Shown piece by piece: positions 17,883-28,100 of a DNA stretch of 64,000 bases (positions are counted from its first letter, which is position 1; each line of letters begins with the position of its first letter). This DNA comes from Klebsiella phage vB_KpM_FBKp24: sequence record MW394391.1, one strand, 5' to 3'. The notes under the pieces were generated by a model. It was given only the letters and a program-made list of their open reading frames with translations, was not told the DNA's origin and did no database searches. Made by a program: the position numbers and the translations under genes.

Positions 17883-18344
17883 TTAATCGAACAGCTCTTT
17901 AGTTTTGCTGTAAATTTCGCGACGGACCAGCTCGTGGTCGGCGTGCTCTTTACGACGATACGCGATAGTGACGGACGGATCTTTCATAGTGCCATCGGCC
18001 TTTTTGCCGGTCGGCGGCGTGTAGTTGGCAGCAATGCCAGTTTCGCCGGTGCGGATGATACCCCAGACGCGTTTGTTATCGCGGTGCTCTTTCAGATGTT
18101 CGATCGCTTTCGGGCCGATGTTGTGCAGCACGGCGGTCGCGTACAGACTTTCGTAACGCTGGACAGCTTCGATGCTGTCTTTGATTTCAGCCGGCGCATT
18201 TTCCATGAAGGTGTCAACACCTTCTTTTTGGGAGATAGTGCCGTGTTCGGTGATAAACAGGTTATCGCCAATTTTACCGGAGAGGTCGATAACCTCTTTG
18301 GAGATTTCAGCAACGACTTCTTTCTTTTCTTTTACTTCAGACAT
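17883..18344 (-). CDS. Hypothetical protein (153 aa) in the GC-richer island.
   Basis: ORF with the same compositional shift. It is followed by its own hairpin, AAAAGCGGGG-aaat-CCCCGCTTTT. Confidence 0.55.
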   Translation of the reverse strand: MSEVKEKKEVVAEISKEVIDLSGKIGDNLFITEHGTISQKEGVDTFMENAPAEIKDSIEAVQRYESLYATAVLHNIGPKAIEHLKEHRDNKRVWGIIRTGETGIAANYTPPTGKKADGTMKDPSVTIAYRRKEHADHELVRREIYSKTKELFD

Positions 18345-18504
18345 GTGTACATCCTCAATTGAGTGTTTTTTCGATGAGATAAAATAACTGCAGTTTTTAC
18401 TACTTCACTGTCGACTGACGATCAACCCAGAGCGACGGAATGATTTAACTTTACAGACAGAAGAGTTTGATTCGTATCAGAGTGACTACTTAGCTTAAGA
18501 TACA

Positions 18505-19155
18505 TTAATCAAACTCCGGGTATTTTGTTAGTATATTCTCAACAACACGGAGATCTTTATAGAGATCGACCGGAGCAGGTAGTTGTTCATTGGAGTCGAG
18601 AATATCTTCGTAATTAGCCGAGATAGTATACTGAAGAAAAATCTCTTTCAAATGTTTCTTCACCATTTCGCTACCTATCCGTAAGGTACTTACGGAGTAG
18701 AATAACTTCATCACATCCAAGTAAATAAATTTAAACTGTCGGGGTGAGTTGTCAAAGATTGCTGAGTCTGCGACATCGATTAATAACTCTTTAGCGTCAG
18801 ACGCCTTTTTCAGTATTGTTTCACGTAAGAGTTTTTCATCCACCTCTTCCGGTATTTGCGTTTCAACCATTTCGCGAAGAATAGAAAAAACCGGTGCGAG
18901 TTTAAAGATTAACGAAAGATCCTTTTTGTCTTTATCATACGCTATCAGCGGGACAGTGACCCTTTCGTCGGTCATGAGATTATATTCAGTGTATTGAAAA
19001 TAATCTCCTAGGGGGTCTTGTATTTCCAAAATAGCGGTATGTAGCAGTTCGGAGAAAATCACATTCTGGTTCTTAACACTGGTTTCTATCAGCGCCTCGA
19101 TGACGGCAATTTTTTCTAGCAGGGTTTCGCGGTCAATGATTTTTTCACCAAACAT
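18505..19155 (-). CDS. Hypothetical protein (216 aa).
   Basis: ORF with an AAAGGAG RBS. Confidence 0.5.
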   Translation of the reverse strand: MFGEKIIDRETLLEKIAVIEALIETSVKNQNVIFSELLHTAILEIQDPLGDYFQYTEYNLMTDERVTVPLIAYDKDKKDLSLIFKLAPVFSILREMVETQIPEEVDEKLLRETILKKASDAKELLIDVADSAIFDNSPRQFKFIYLDVMKLFYSVSTLRIGSEMVKKHLKEIFLQYTISANYEDILDSNEQLPAPVDLYKDLRVVENILTKYPEFD

Positions 19156-19175
19156 ATTTTATCTCCTTTAGATTA

Positions 19176-19199
19176 AGAGGGAAAGTTTTTCTTTCCCTT
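19176..19199 (-). terminator. Hairpin GGGAAAG-ttttt-CTTTCCC.
   Basis: It lies between the 243-aa and 216-aa minus-strand genes. Confidence 0.4.
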
Positions 19200-19226
19200 G
19201 TACACTAAAGTGATATATATCTTAAA

Positions 19227-19958
19227 TTAGTTTGAAACGGCTCCGAGACACTCAAAGAGATAACCCGACATGAATTCTGCCGATGACGGATTGGTGTATT
19301 GACCGCCGACATTATCCGAACGACGAATGGCAGAATAAATGTCAGCGAAGGCGGTAGCTTTTGCATCGTCAAATACGACCTTCAGAAGCCCTCTACGGGT
19401 CGCAGCATAAAAGTCAGCCGCTTCTACTGCCTCAGCGACAAAATCGCTGACAAAGCTTTCTTGGTCGTTATATTGGTCAACTACCAGCGGATGTGCATTT
19501 TTCAACAGGACGTAAAACTCCCTGCCGATGGAACTCATTATTTCCGTGCGCTGATCGACTTGAGTTTGAAATGACTTATACAGTTCGTTACTGTACGAGG
19601 TCACCCAGTTGGTACCGATCTGCCGAGCCTCTTCACGGAACTTGGTTTCTGGGCTGAGGTAATACCCGATCCCTTCGGTCAACGTCAAGTAGCTCAACGC
19701 ATTGGGTTGATTAAAGTCAACGTTCAAGTGAAGAACGTTACCTTCTACTCTATAAGTCTGAACGTCAGGGTCGCTGACAATCGAAATGTCTTCCAGTTGG
19801 TATTTCTCACTGATTGCGTGCATTGCATAAACAAACACTTGACCAGGAGTAAAAATCCCTTCGATCGTTTCTTTCACAGTTTGTGCTAATGCGATATTGA
19901 ATTGATTCGCATTTGAGTTAATGCCTTTCAGACCGTTTAACAGGCTGGATGCTTGCAT
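19227..19958 (-). CDS. Hypothetical protein (243 aa).
   Basis: ORF. A TATG-containing motif lies 40 nt upstream. Confidence 0.5.
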   Translation of the reverse strand: MQASSLLNGLKGINSNANQFNIALAQTVKETIEGIFTPGQVFVYAMHAISEKYQLEDISIVSDPDVQTYRVEGNVLHLNVDFNQPNALSYLTLTEGIGYYLSPETKFREEARQIGTNWVTSYSNELYKSFQTQVDQRTEIMSSIGREFYVLLKNAHPLVVDQYNDQESFVSDFVAEAVEAADFYAATRRGLLKVVFDDAKATAFADIYSAIRRSDNVGGQYTNPSSAEFMSGYLFECLGAVSN

Positions 19959-19989
19959 CGTGGTATTCCTCTGCGGGCGGAGTGAGTAT

Positions 19990-20007
19990 CTTTACATATT
20001 AGAAAAC
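19990..20007 (-). promoter_or_regulatory. Related element GTTTTCTAATATGTAAAG (minus strand) upstream of the 243-aa gene.
   Basis: GTTTTC..TATG lies 40 nt before the ATG, downstream of hairpin 20053-20079. Confidence 0.25.
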
Positions 20008-20052
20008 GCACTGTAAAGTTTAAAAGATTACGTACTGCTAGTTATAGAGCAT

Positions 20053-20079
20053 AGAGAGAGGGGTAAAACCCCTCTCTCC
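20053..20079 (-). terminator. Hairpin AGAGAGAGGGG-taaaa-CCCCTCTCTC.
   Basis: It lies downstream of the minus-strand block 20086-20974. Confidence 0.6.
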
Positions 20080-20085
20080 TTTGGT

Positions 20086-20247
20086 TAGTGTCGTTGCTTT
20101 TCGTCGGTGACTGTCGGGAGGTTTACTCCTTTATACTTGCATTCTTTAAAGACATTACGCAAGAATCGCTGACGTGTCTCTTCACGTTGTTTTTCAACGC
20201 GTTCATCGCCAGGGTATCTGGCAATATAGCATGGACGTTTAACCATA
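20086..20247 (-). CDS. Small basic protein (53 aa), not in the ORF track.
   Basis: Hand translation gives MVKRPCYIARYPGDERVEKQREETRQRFLRNVFKECKYKGVNLPTVTDEKQRH. AAAGGTGA sits 5 nt upstream of the ATG. The track omits it because it is under 60 aa. Confidence 0.3.
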
Positions 20248-20284
20248 GTTTCACCTTTAGTTTTCGTGGGCTTTACCGGCCCGG

Positions 20285-20974
20285 TTAGACTGTGGGGTTA
20301 CTTTTGTTCGCTATCCACTGACTTGTAAGTGTTTTGAGTGCATTGCCGTTGTCGACATACGTACTCAAATTACTGTTGTCAGTGTATACTACATTACGGT
20401 CCTCGCTATTGGTAGTAGCGGAGACAATGACTAAATTTCCCTTGACCAATGGATTGGCCGTCAAAATAGTACGAAGCGTGTAACCCACGATTTCGATAAG
20501 ATCAGACAACTGCTTGTAACGGTACTGTCCATCATTGGTCGTGTCCTCTTCGTAATCTTTACGGAAGGATTCGAATAAATAGTAACCTACCCATAACGGT
20601 GCCACCGCATAGATACTCGGATTGAAAACGTTATCAATCCGTGGCAGGAGACTATACTGATACAGCGTCGTCACGCCATAACCCAGATTTGCCAGTGTGT
20701 TAAGAACATAGTTATCTGGGAGGGCGTTGATCTTGGCTTCAATACCCGAAGCGCTATTCGGGAGTGCAACCTTTAAATGCGCAATAAGTTTTGCACGAAT
20801 ATCGGTTTCACGTAAATTGATTGGCCAAGATAAAAGTGGGACCTGTTTAAACGGTTTGTTGACACCTGCGAAATCCCCAACGACAGGGGTGACTACCCAA
20901 GGCGTTAAAAGATTGACCGATTGGACAATCGCAGGTAAAGTACTGTCATCGTAAATTCCAACGGATGTCGGCAT
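20285..20974 (-). CDS. Hypothetical protein (229 aa).
   Basis: ORF. A hairpin plus TTGTTACTCTATGTAAC lies upstream. Confidence 0.5.
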   Translation of the reverse strand: MPTSVGIYDDSTLPAIVQSVNLLTPWVVTPVVGDFAGVNKPFKQVPLLSWPINLRETDIRAKLIAHLKVALPNSASGIEAKINALPDNYVLNTLANLGYGVTTLYQYSLLPRIDNVFNPSIYAVAPLWVGYYLFESFRKDYEEDTTNDGQYRYKQLSDLIEIVGYTLRTILTANPLVKGNLVIVSATTNSEDRNVVYTDNSNLSTYVDNGNALKTLTSQWIANKSNPTV

Positions 20975-21025
20975 TACATTCCCCTCTTCGTAATAAATAT
21001 AACTTATATTAAATCGGATTTAACC

Positions 21026-21042
21026 GTTACATAGAGTAACAA
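21026..21042 (-). promoter_or_regulatory. Related element TTGTTACTCTATGTAAC (minus strand) after hairpin 21051-21078, upstream of the 229-aa gene.
   Basis: Same TTGTT...TATG arrangement. It lies 59 nt before the ATG. Confidence 0.3.
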
Positions 21043-21050
21043 GATAAAAT

Positions 21051-21078
21051 AAAAAGAGGAGCAAATGCTCCTCTTTTT
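21051..21078 (-). terminator. Hairpin AAAAAGAGGAGC-aaat-GCTCCTCTTTTT at the end of the long minus-strand operon 31227 to 21080.
   Basis: 12-bp stem with an A tract and a T tract. Confidence 0.65.
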
Positions 21079-21079
21079 A

Positions 21080-21826
21080 TTACCATTTAGAGACAAGACC
21101 CGTTTTACCAGAAATAAACGGAGTACGATCCATCTGACGAATAGCATCAACCGTGGCTTTGAAACTCGACTCCACGGAGACCAAACTTTGGTCATTGGCC
21201 ATACTGCGAATAATCGCTGGTTGTACCGGGACAATCAGTGCCGACTCGCAAGACGGTGACATGTATTTGTTTGCGCAAGACAAACCGGGTTCGTTTACGA
21301 GATCCCAGGTAATAATGTTATCGACGTATTTACGAACCTTACCGCCAACCACTCTGTCGGTCGCCATACTGCGAATACTGAACGCCAGATTCTCGTCTGG
21401 GTTAGACATGATTTTCTCAAAATCTTCACGTCTGGCTCCCGTAGAACAAATCTCACCCATGATGGCGCAAATGCGCTGACCGTTAGGCAGAACGAAATTC
21501 GGCACAACCCAAACCTTGCGGATATGAAATGCCCAGTTACGTTCATCAATGGTGTGGATACGTTGAATGAATTTACGATAGTCGGCGTAATCGTATTCTT
21601 TGGGGTGACCCCATTCGCCGCGTAAATACCCTTCTCTCACGCGTTTCTGGAAAAGACCATTCTCCGCTAATATACGCTCAACACGTTGCTGGTCATATAC
21701 CGCACCAATACTGTTGTCGAACTCTAACGCCCCTAAAATAACTTCAAGGTAGTTGTTGTCCAGACGTTTAATATTCCCTACTCGGTTTACACCTTTCAGT
21801 GCTGTTACCTCAAATGACATCCCCAT
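21080..21826 (-). CDS. Hypothetical protein (248 aa), last gene of the RNAP-containing operon.
   Basis: ORF. A 3-nt spacer separates it from the upstream gene. Confidence 0.55.
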   Translation of the reverse strand: MGMSFEVTALKGVNRVGNIKRLDNNYLEVILGALEFDNSIGAVYDQQRVERILAENGLFQKRVREGYLRGEWGHPKEYDYADYRKFIQRIHTIDERNWAFHIRKVWVVPNFVLPNGQRICAIMGEICSTGARREDFEKIMSNPDENLAFSIRSMATDRVVGGKVRKYVDNIITWDLVNEPGLSCANKYMSPSCESALIVPVQPAIIRSMANDQSLVSVESSFKATVDAIRQMDRTPFISGKTGLVSKW

Positions 21827-21829
21827 GGC

Positions 21830-22558
21830 TTACCACCGCACAATATTAGAATGATTCATGAACTCATACGATAGCAGACCCGCCTTACGTTCTTTGGCCT
21901 GATTGAATTCGCTTTCCGATAGCGGGAACATTTCAACCTGACTTTGATCGAAAGGTTCTTCTTTATACTTTTCCAGGGCAGGGATAATCATTCGATAAAA
22001 CCCTCTTTTCAGATCGAAGAAGGGTGAGAATTTTACCGATGGGCTGTCAACCTGAATCAGTATTCGGGTTTCAATGGCTTTACTGTAGTCGTCTTTGATG
22101 ACTCTGAGTTCATCGATGAAACACTTTCCGACAACACGGGAGGGGTATCGTTGATCTTCAGTGTCGACGTTGACAAGCCATCTTTCTTCTGACCACTCTG
22201 CCATAGGGCAGATGACTTTCGTCGGACGGAGCGAACCTTCAACGGACAACGCATAAATCGTATACCCTCCTAACCATTCGTCCTTGCCCGCGCAATGTGC
22301 TTTACTGTCCATGAAATCCCGCAACGCCACGCCATAACCCCGTAAGCAATCAATGATTGTAATCCCGGTACAAACCCGTTTGACGGATTCATCTTCTCCG
22401 TTCATGGTTCGTTGGATCTCCCGAGGAATAAAAACCGGGATATTGGGATTAGGAGAGATATGGTAAAGTGTGCGGTGATGAGTATCGACTTCGAGCTCAT
22501 TAACGGCGTGCTCTTGTTGTTTACTGATGAAACTTTGAAGTCTCTCGTATGGGCTCAT
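21830..22558 (-). CDS. Hypothetical protein (242 aa).
   Basis: ORF, tightly coupled to its neighbours. Confidence 0.55.
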   Translation of the reverse strand: MSPYERLQSFISKQQEHAVNELEVDTHHRTLYHISPNPNIPVFIPREIQRTMNGEDESVKRVCTGITIIDCLRGYGVALRDFMDSKAHCAGKDEWLGGYTIYALSVEGSLRPTKVICPMAEWSEERWLVNVDTEDQRYPSRVVGKCFIDELRVIKDDYSKAIETRILIQVDSPSVKFSPFFDLKRGFYRMIIPALEKYKEEPFDQSQVEMFPLSESEFNQAKERKAGLLSYEFMNHSNIVRW

Positions 22559-22559
22559 G

Positions 22560-23285
22560 TTACGCCCTCAGTAAACGTTCGATCGGTTGGGTTACTTCGT
22601 TCGGGTTAACAATAGCCGAATCCAGACCATCTCCGGTATAACTCCCCGAAATTTTCGCAGTGGTATCGGAAGACCCATCCACAACGTTACGTAAAGGTAT
22701 CCAGGTGAACGGCGTAGTACGCAGCTCACTGTAGCTGTGGATATGCTCACGTAAAGGAACTTTACGGTTACTTTCAATACGGGCTAACTGGGCGATGATC
22801 ATTTCACCGATAGTCGGTGTCGCAACCAACTTTGTTCCCGTATACTCTTCGGTTTCCGCAAAGAAGCTACCTAACGTAATGTAGTTGTAAAAGAACGGAA
22901 TCCTTCCTCGTGCTAAGATCTCTTCGAACAGGTAATAAAGAAGACCGTTGTCTTTTACCAAATCGATGCTTTTAACCACCGTGCTACCGGGACGGAAATA
23001 AAAGTCATAATAGCTTCGTCCAGCATATTCGAGTTGACGAATTTCCGTCGGTGTAATTTCCATCATACTCGGGGTGGTAGCAACCGCAAAATCACCCGCT
23101 TCGCTACAGATAGCAAAGAAGCCGATGATCATAATGCGTTTGCCCATACTGATTAACTGCTTCGCGCGAAAGGACTCTTGGATCACAATCCGGCAGCCGG
23201 TCGTGGTGACCAGACTGCCGTTTGGGAGTTCACGTAAAGTCGCTTGCAGCGCATCGGCATTGTGTTTCCACTGCGCGATATTCAC
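22560..23285 (-). CDS. Hypothetical protein (241 aa), GTG start.
   Basis: GTG at 23285 with AAGGAG 8 nt upstream. The first in-frame ATG is 46 codons downstream. Confidence 0.5.
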   Translation of the reverse strand: MNIAQWKHNADALQATLRELPNGSLVTTTGCRIVIQESFRAKQLISMGKRIMIIGFFAICSEAGDFAVATTPSMMEITPTEIRQLEYAGRSYYDFYFRPGSTVVKSIDLVKDNGLLYYLFEEILARGRIPFFYNYITLGSFFAETEEYTGTKLVATPTIGEMIIAQLARIESNRKVPLREHIHSYSELRTTPFTWIPLRNVVDGSSDTTAKISGSYTGDGLDSAIVNPNEVTQPIERLLRA

Positions 23286-23296
23286 TGTTCGACTCC

Positions 23297-24829
23297 TTAG
23301 TACACGGTGGCGTCATCCTGTTCGATAATACCCACTTTCTCTGCCTGTTTAAAAGTCAGGACATCGAAGTTAGCCACAAGCCATTTTGCCAGATAACGGA
23401 TGGCCGCAGTATAGGCAGCAGTCGTGCCGTCCTGATCGGAATCCTGCATTTCACTTTCTACGATATCGATAATGTCTTCGGCATCGATGAACGTGAAGAT
23501 GTGCTGGCAGACTTTCTGTTTGACCAATTCGAACAGATTGGGATCGTTGTCGATGTTCCAATTCGCGTAGAACTTACCGGACTTCAGATCTTCCATCACT
23601 TTGTTCAGTGCCGCTTCTTTACTGAACCCGCTTGGCAGTTGATCTTCATTGAGATTGTTCAGCGCTTGCGCCAGTTCCGGTACGAAACAGTTCGAAAGAC
23701 GTTTCAGGAACGTGTCATGGGAATAACGTTGACGCTGAATCTCAAGCGCCTGCCAACGTTTCAGGTTTTGCTGGTCGTTGGCAATAAACTGACCCAGTAA
23801 ACGTTGACCACCGCGCGGGTCTAACACGCCACCGATCACGCTTTCTGGCGTCAGTCCCTGAGAAAGTCCCTGGCGATATACCGGACCGAATACCACAATT
23901 TCCGCGTCTTCTGCAGAGGTAGCTACTTGGCTTTTTCCGGTGAAACGAATGATCATCTGACCGCGGCGGTTACAACCACTTAGCCAGCCCAGACCATTTT
24001 TGATCAGATAGCCGTATTGCAGCTTCATCGCATTGATCGCCGCCTCGTACTCGGGTAAAGTCATACCCGTACCCGGGAGCGGGTCTTGTGACATACTGTC
24101 AACCAGGAAATAGACCACGATGCCCAGATCGGTCAGAGAAGCATCACTGAATTTCCCTTCGCAACGTTGACCGTCTTTTTGTTGGACGAGTTCTGAAACG
24201 AAGCGAGTCACTGGGCAGATTGGGGTAATCGCACAGTTGCGGAAGAGGACGTTGTAAATGGAGACAATCGTATCGGCGCCATATTTTGCGATCGCGTCGG
24301 CCAATGCGTCGTCCAGTTCACTCACGCCAGTTTTCATCCCGTCAATTAAATCTACGTCCGTTTTTTCCGGGGCGTTTTTAATACGGGTAAAAAGAGGTGC
24401 GTTGGGTTTGAACTGGGCAAACGTATCAACTACGTAAGGGTCGTAAATGATCGGTGCAGGATCGTATTGCGTAATAGTGAACTCTTTTGGTTCTACGCCT
24501 TTCATCCTGTCCAGAATTTTACCCGTTACATCAGTGATCAGTGGTACTACCGTGTTGCGGACATACCCGATCTGACGCAGCAATGCGCCGCCAACAACTT
24601 CAACCGCGCCAGCGACTGCACCTTCATGCGGTTCAACCATCCCGATGGTACGTTGGGAGTTATCAAACAACACCTGGTCATACGCTTCCAGTGAAGGTTT
24701 GTGACTCTGGAAGAACGGGAGCGATTCAGCAACCGGGCTGAATAACAGAGACCCGGTGCGCGGGAAAAGGAATAACCCTTCGTTACTGACTACCGTCTTC
24801 GCGAGGGCAATAGACTTTTTGTTTAACAT
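23297..24829 (-). CDS. Hypothetical protein (510 aa).
   Basis: ORF. Its start overlaps the stop of the upstream 63-aa gene (TGATG). Confidence 0.6.
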   Translation of the reverse strand: MLNKKSIALAKTVVSNEGLFLFPRTGSLLFSPVAESLPFFQSHKPSLEAYDQVLFDNSQRTIGMVEPHEGAVAGAVEVVGGALLRQIGYVRNTVVPLITDVTGKILDRMKGVEPKEFTITQYDPAPIIYDPYVVDTFAQFKPNAPLFTRIKNAPEKTDVDLIDGMKTGVSELDDALADAIAKYGADTIVSIYNVLFRNCAITPICPVTRFVSELVQQKDGQRCEGKFSDASLTDLGIVVYFLVDSMSQDPLPGTGMTLPEYEAAINAMKLQYGYLIKNGLGWLSGCNRRGQMIIRFTGKSQVATSAEDAEIVVFGPVYRQGLSQGLTPESVIGGVLDPRGGQRLLGQFIANDQQNLKRWQALEIQRQRYSHDTFLKRLSNCFVPELAQALNNLNEDQLPSGFSKEAALNKVMEDLKSGKFYANWNIDNDPNLFELVKQKVCQHIFTFIDAEDIIDIVESEMQDSDQDGTTAAYTAAIRYLAKWLVANFDVLTFKQAEKVGIIEQDDATVY

Positions 24830-25020
24830 CAGACAATCCCCTCTTGTACACGGCGGGCGGCGATAGCAGCGCCAATAGCGGCGGCCAGATCTTCTTCGAT
24901 GTTCGCACCGTCTGGAATTCTGAGATCTTCGCTGCGCGCATTCAGCATGACGCGGCGGCCCACCTCAAGAATATTCGCAACGCTGGTTTGCGCAATTTCT
25001 TGCAAGCCTTCATTATTCAT
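24829..25020 (-). CDS. Small hypothetical protein (63 aa).
   Basis: Translationally coupled by a TGATG overlap with the 510-aa gene. Confidence 0.4.
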   Translation of the reverse strand: MNNEGLQEIAQTSVANILEVGRRVMLNARSEDLRIPDGANIEEDLAAAIGAAIAARRVQEGIV

Positions 25021-25064
25021 CTTCTTAACCTTATTTTACAAAGCGCTTTGGAAAGTAACGGGTG

Positions 25065-25091
25065 ACGAGGGGAGTACGTTTCTCCCCTCGT
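25065..25091 (-). terminator. Hairpin ACGAGGGGAG-tacgttt-CTCCCCTCGT inside the operon, between the RNAP beta-like gene and the 63-aa gene.
   Basis: 10-bp stem. The palindrome CAAAGCGCTTTG lies adjacent at 25039-25050. It may be an attenuator or processing site rather than a full terminator. Confidence 0.4.
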
Positions 25092-25100
25092 TGTACACAA

Positions 25101-28100
25101 CTATTCGCTATCGTACGCTTTCAGCATTTCCTGCTGAATGTTTTCAATAAGAATGTTGCCCATCCCCAGAAGTAAAGCGGAGTTTACAATACGTGCGTTA
25201 ATTGCACGGTAGGAAAATTGTAAATCAATATCCCACGGTTGACCGCCTGGTAAGACTGGTGTTGTCGTCCGACAGATTCCTTTATAGACACCACTCACTA
25301 CGGACTTCTTCTGGTTACCAACAACTAACTTATCGCCATCGCCCATACCGCGCTGATGGGTAATGTAGATACGAATCGCCATCATATCAATCTCTAATGG
25401 CATCCCGTCAATACGGCTTGGGGTAAAGACCTGACCCGTTAAGGCGGTTTCGGTCCCCAATAACTTAGCATTCTTTGCCCGAATGCTGTCATACTTGTCA
25501 GCGATCTTACGCACCGAATCCGACATATCTTCTTTTTCACCGAAATAGAAGACCTCGATCTTTTCAACCTTACCAACGTGTTTTGCACGTGGTGCCGGGT
25601 TACCTAAACGTTTCAACGTTTCCATTGTCGATTCGTCAAAGTAGTCGAAGGTTGCGGAAACTTCGTCCTCTATAAAAGCCAGCGTGTCTTCATTATCGAC
25701 GTGCTGTCCTTCACTGACCAAGTTACGGATGGCCTGATTGAAGTTCACCATCAGCACACGAGTGTGCGTTACCAAGGTAGTCATCTTTTGCGATAAGCGT
25801 TCCGAAATCAAACTGGCATCTTCGAACGTGTTATTGTTCTCGACCAGCGCAATGTTCGTTGTTACGCCATTCTTAAAAGCGACCTGAGTAGGTTCACGCC
25901 AATCTCGCGCAAAGAATCCAGGGTGGTAAGCTACGACATGGTCTTTATCTACCTTTGCCCCAACCTCAAGATCGCATACAACTTCATGCGGCTCAGTGTG
26001 GCCGGTGACGATACCAAATTTACGCCCTAACTCAATCTGGTCTTCGCCAAGTTCAGGGTCGTCGTACTTGATCACAACATGCCCTTTGGTTTTTTCGGTG
26101 ATTGTCCCCGGACCTTTCGCCACAGAAGAGAAAAGGTCATCGGTACGCTGCGCCATCATTAACTCGTACCCTGTCCGGATATAACCCAAATCGTCTCCGA
26201 CGGAATAGCGTTTATGGCTGCTCTGTATACCGATAAAGTTTACGCGCTTAGGGTCGTCGTATGTTGAAAAAGGCGAGACCAGTGCACTTGTAGATAGTAC
26301 GTTACTGAACCCTTTCTCTTTGCTGAGATCAGTCTCAGTCCGTGCCGTCCCGCGCAGACTTGTCAGGTTAGGGTTAGCCGATAAGTAACAGTTAATCCCA
26401 ACGTCGCCGTTATCCACCGAGGATTCAGAACGTATTCCGATGTCACTAGGATGGAAGGCACGTGTACGACGAGTCATGGATCGTTTTCCGCGACCACCCG
26501 TACCAGAGTAAGTCAAGTTCTCTTTCTCTTTAAGGTTCTGTATCGGGTTGGAATCCTCTACCAAGGAAACAGAAGGGTCTTTCTGAATCGCTGAAAGGAT
26601 TTCAAACGGCGGGAAATCCAACTGCGCCCTTGAACTCAAATTACTCGAGCTTTGTCTTCTCACGGCCTCAGCGAACGTTCTGTAGACCGCACCCGCCATC
26701 CTTTCATAGCCTTTGAAGAGTGAGCCCTGTGAACTCAGGTCACTTGGGTATTCATCGGTTGCAAGATAGAAGGCGGCTTTTTTCAGTAGCGGAATAAACT
26801 CGGTCGGTTCATTCATCGCCTCCAGGTTTTCTTCAGCGATAGGGTCAATGAACAGCGCTTTCAGGTTACTGAACTCGTACAGATATCTTCCTGATAGCTG
26901 CATGTCAGACAGTAAAGCGTTATAGTTGTCTTGGTTGTCGAGTTCCGCGACCGAATAGTTTTTCAGTGCGTTTTTCCACAATTGGAGAGAGCTATAAATC
27001 AAAACATCCGGATGAGTAATACGAGGGATCCGCCAAATCTCATCGGCAAAAACGATTTCAAATGTATTTTGATCCGGTTGAACTCGAGCGCCCTTCGTTC
27101 TACGTTGGGGTTTAATCTCCATCTTATCAACGAACTGAGTGAAACCCTCAAGATACATTAAGACGATGGCCAACGGGAACTCTTGTCCTAATATTGAAAT
27201 TGTGACAAGTTCATTAGGGCGGTTTACAGGGTCTGCACCAAAGAGTTTTGAGATATGACCCAATCTCTCTGGACCGACCTGAAGATAACCCTCTCTGTCC
27301 ATGGTAACGGTAGACCTGCCTCGTTTACCTACCGGGATATTTCCTTGCCCATTCCAATCCGGAAAATTCTTCCCAATGTTCGGATAGTCAAAGAAAAAGT
27401 TCATTCCCGCTGCGTCAAACGAAATGACTTCCTTCGCTATTGCCGAATAGGTACGGGGAACGGGTTGTGAATCCGTGAATGAATTTCCGTAAACGATCTC
27501 GGCCATCAATGGTGGATTAGAAAGCGCCGCAACGTTCATAGCGTCTTTTAACCATTCACCGTAATCGTGGCGACGTTTATCGCTACGGTCTACGAAGAGC
27601 TTTCCGTAGTAAGTTGAGAGCGCGACTGTGGATGGAGAAATTTTGCGGATCGGTTTATCGAAACGCAGTTTACGCATAAAGTATTTGATACCGCCAACTT
27701 TATACTTACCATTTTTATCCACTACCGGAAGCTGGAAACGCACTGTCGAAGGTGCACCTTTTACCGGGGAGATCTTCACGGTGTAATCGTAAAGGTCATT
27801 CAGCGCATCGACCTGACGTTCGACTTTGAAGTCAGTGATGGCGTATCCGGCCTTCTGGAATCCGAGCACCAGATTGATCACATCTTTCTGCATGACTTCT
27901 TCGACATACTTTCGATCGTAATCGATCAACGTACTCTTGAGCATACTTTTATCTTTGACGTGAGCAATATCAACCACTTCTTTCGGTTTAAAGTCCCAGA
28001 CAATTTCCTTCGGAATTTGCCGATACTCATCTAACGATATTTCCTCGTTAAAAGGAGAAGGGATCGTCTTGTAACTTTCCGCCAATCTGAGATGGCGTTT

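Noticed and set aside
17221-18362. Plus-strand ORFs of 100, 119 and 142 aa opposite the 186-aa and 153-aa genes.
   Set aside because: Long antisense ORFs are expected in the GC-richer island. The sense genes have an RBS and a terminator, and the antisense ORFs do not.
18345-18504. A 160-bp gene-free spacer inspected for a tRNA or small RNA.
   Set aside because: No cloverleaf-compatible stems or conserved tRNA boxes (GTTC.A..C, T-loop) were seen. It is probably promoter and leader sequence.
23222-23800. A 192-aa plus-strand ORF.
   Set aside because: It lies antisense within the 510-aa and 241-aa genes of a tightly coupled minus-strand operon.
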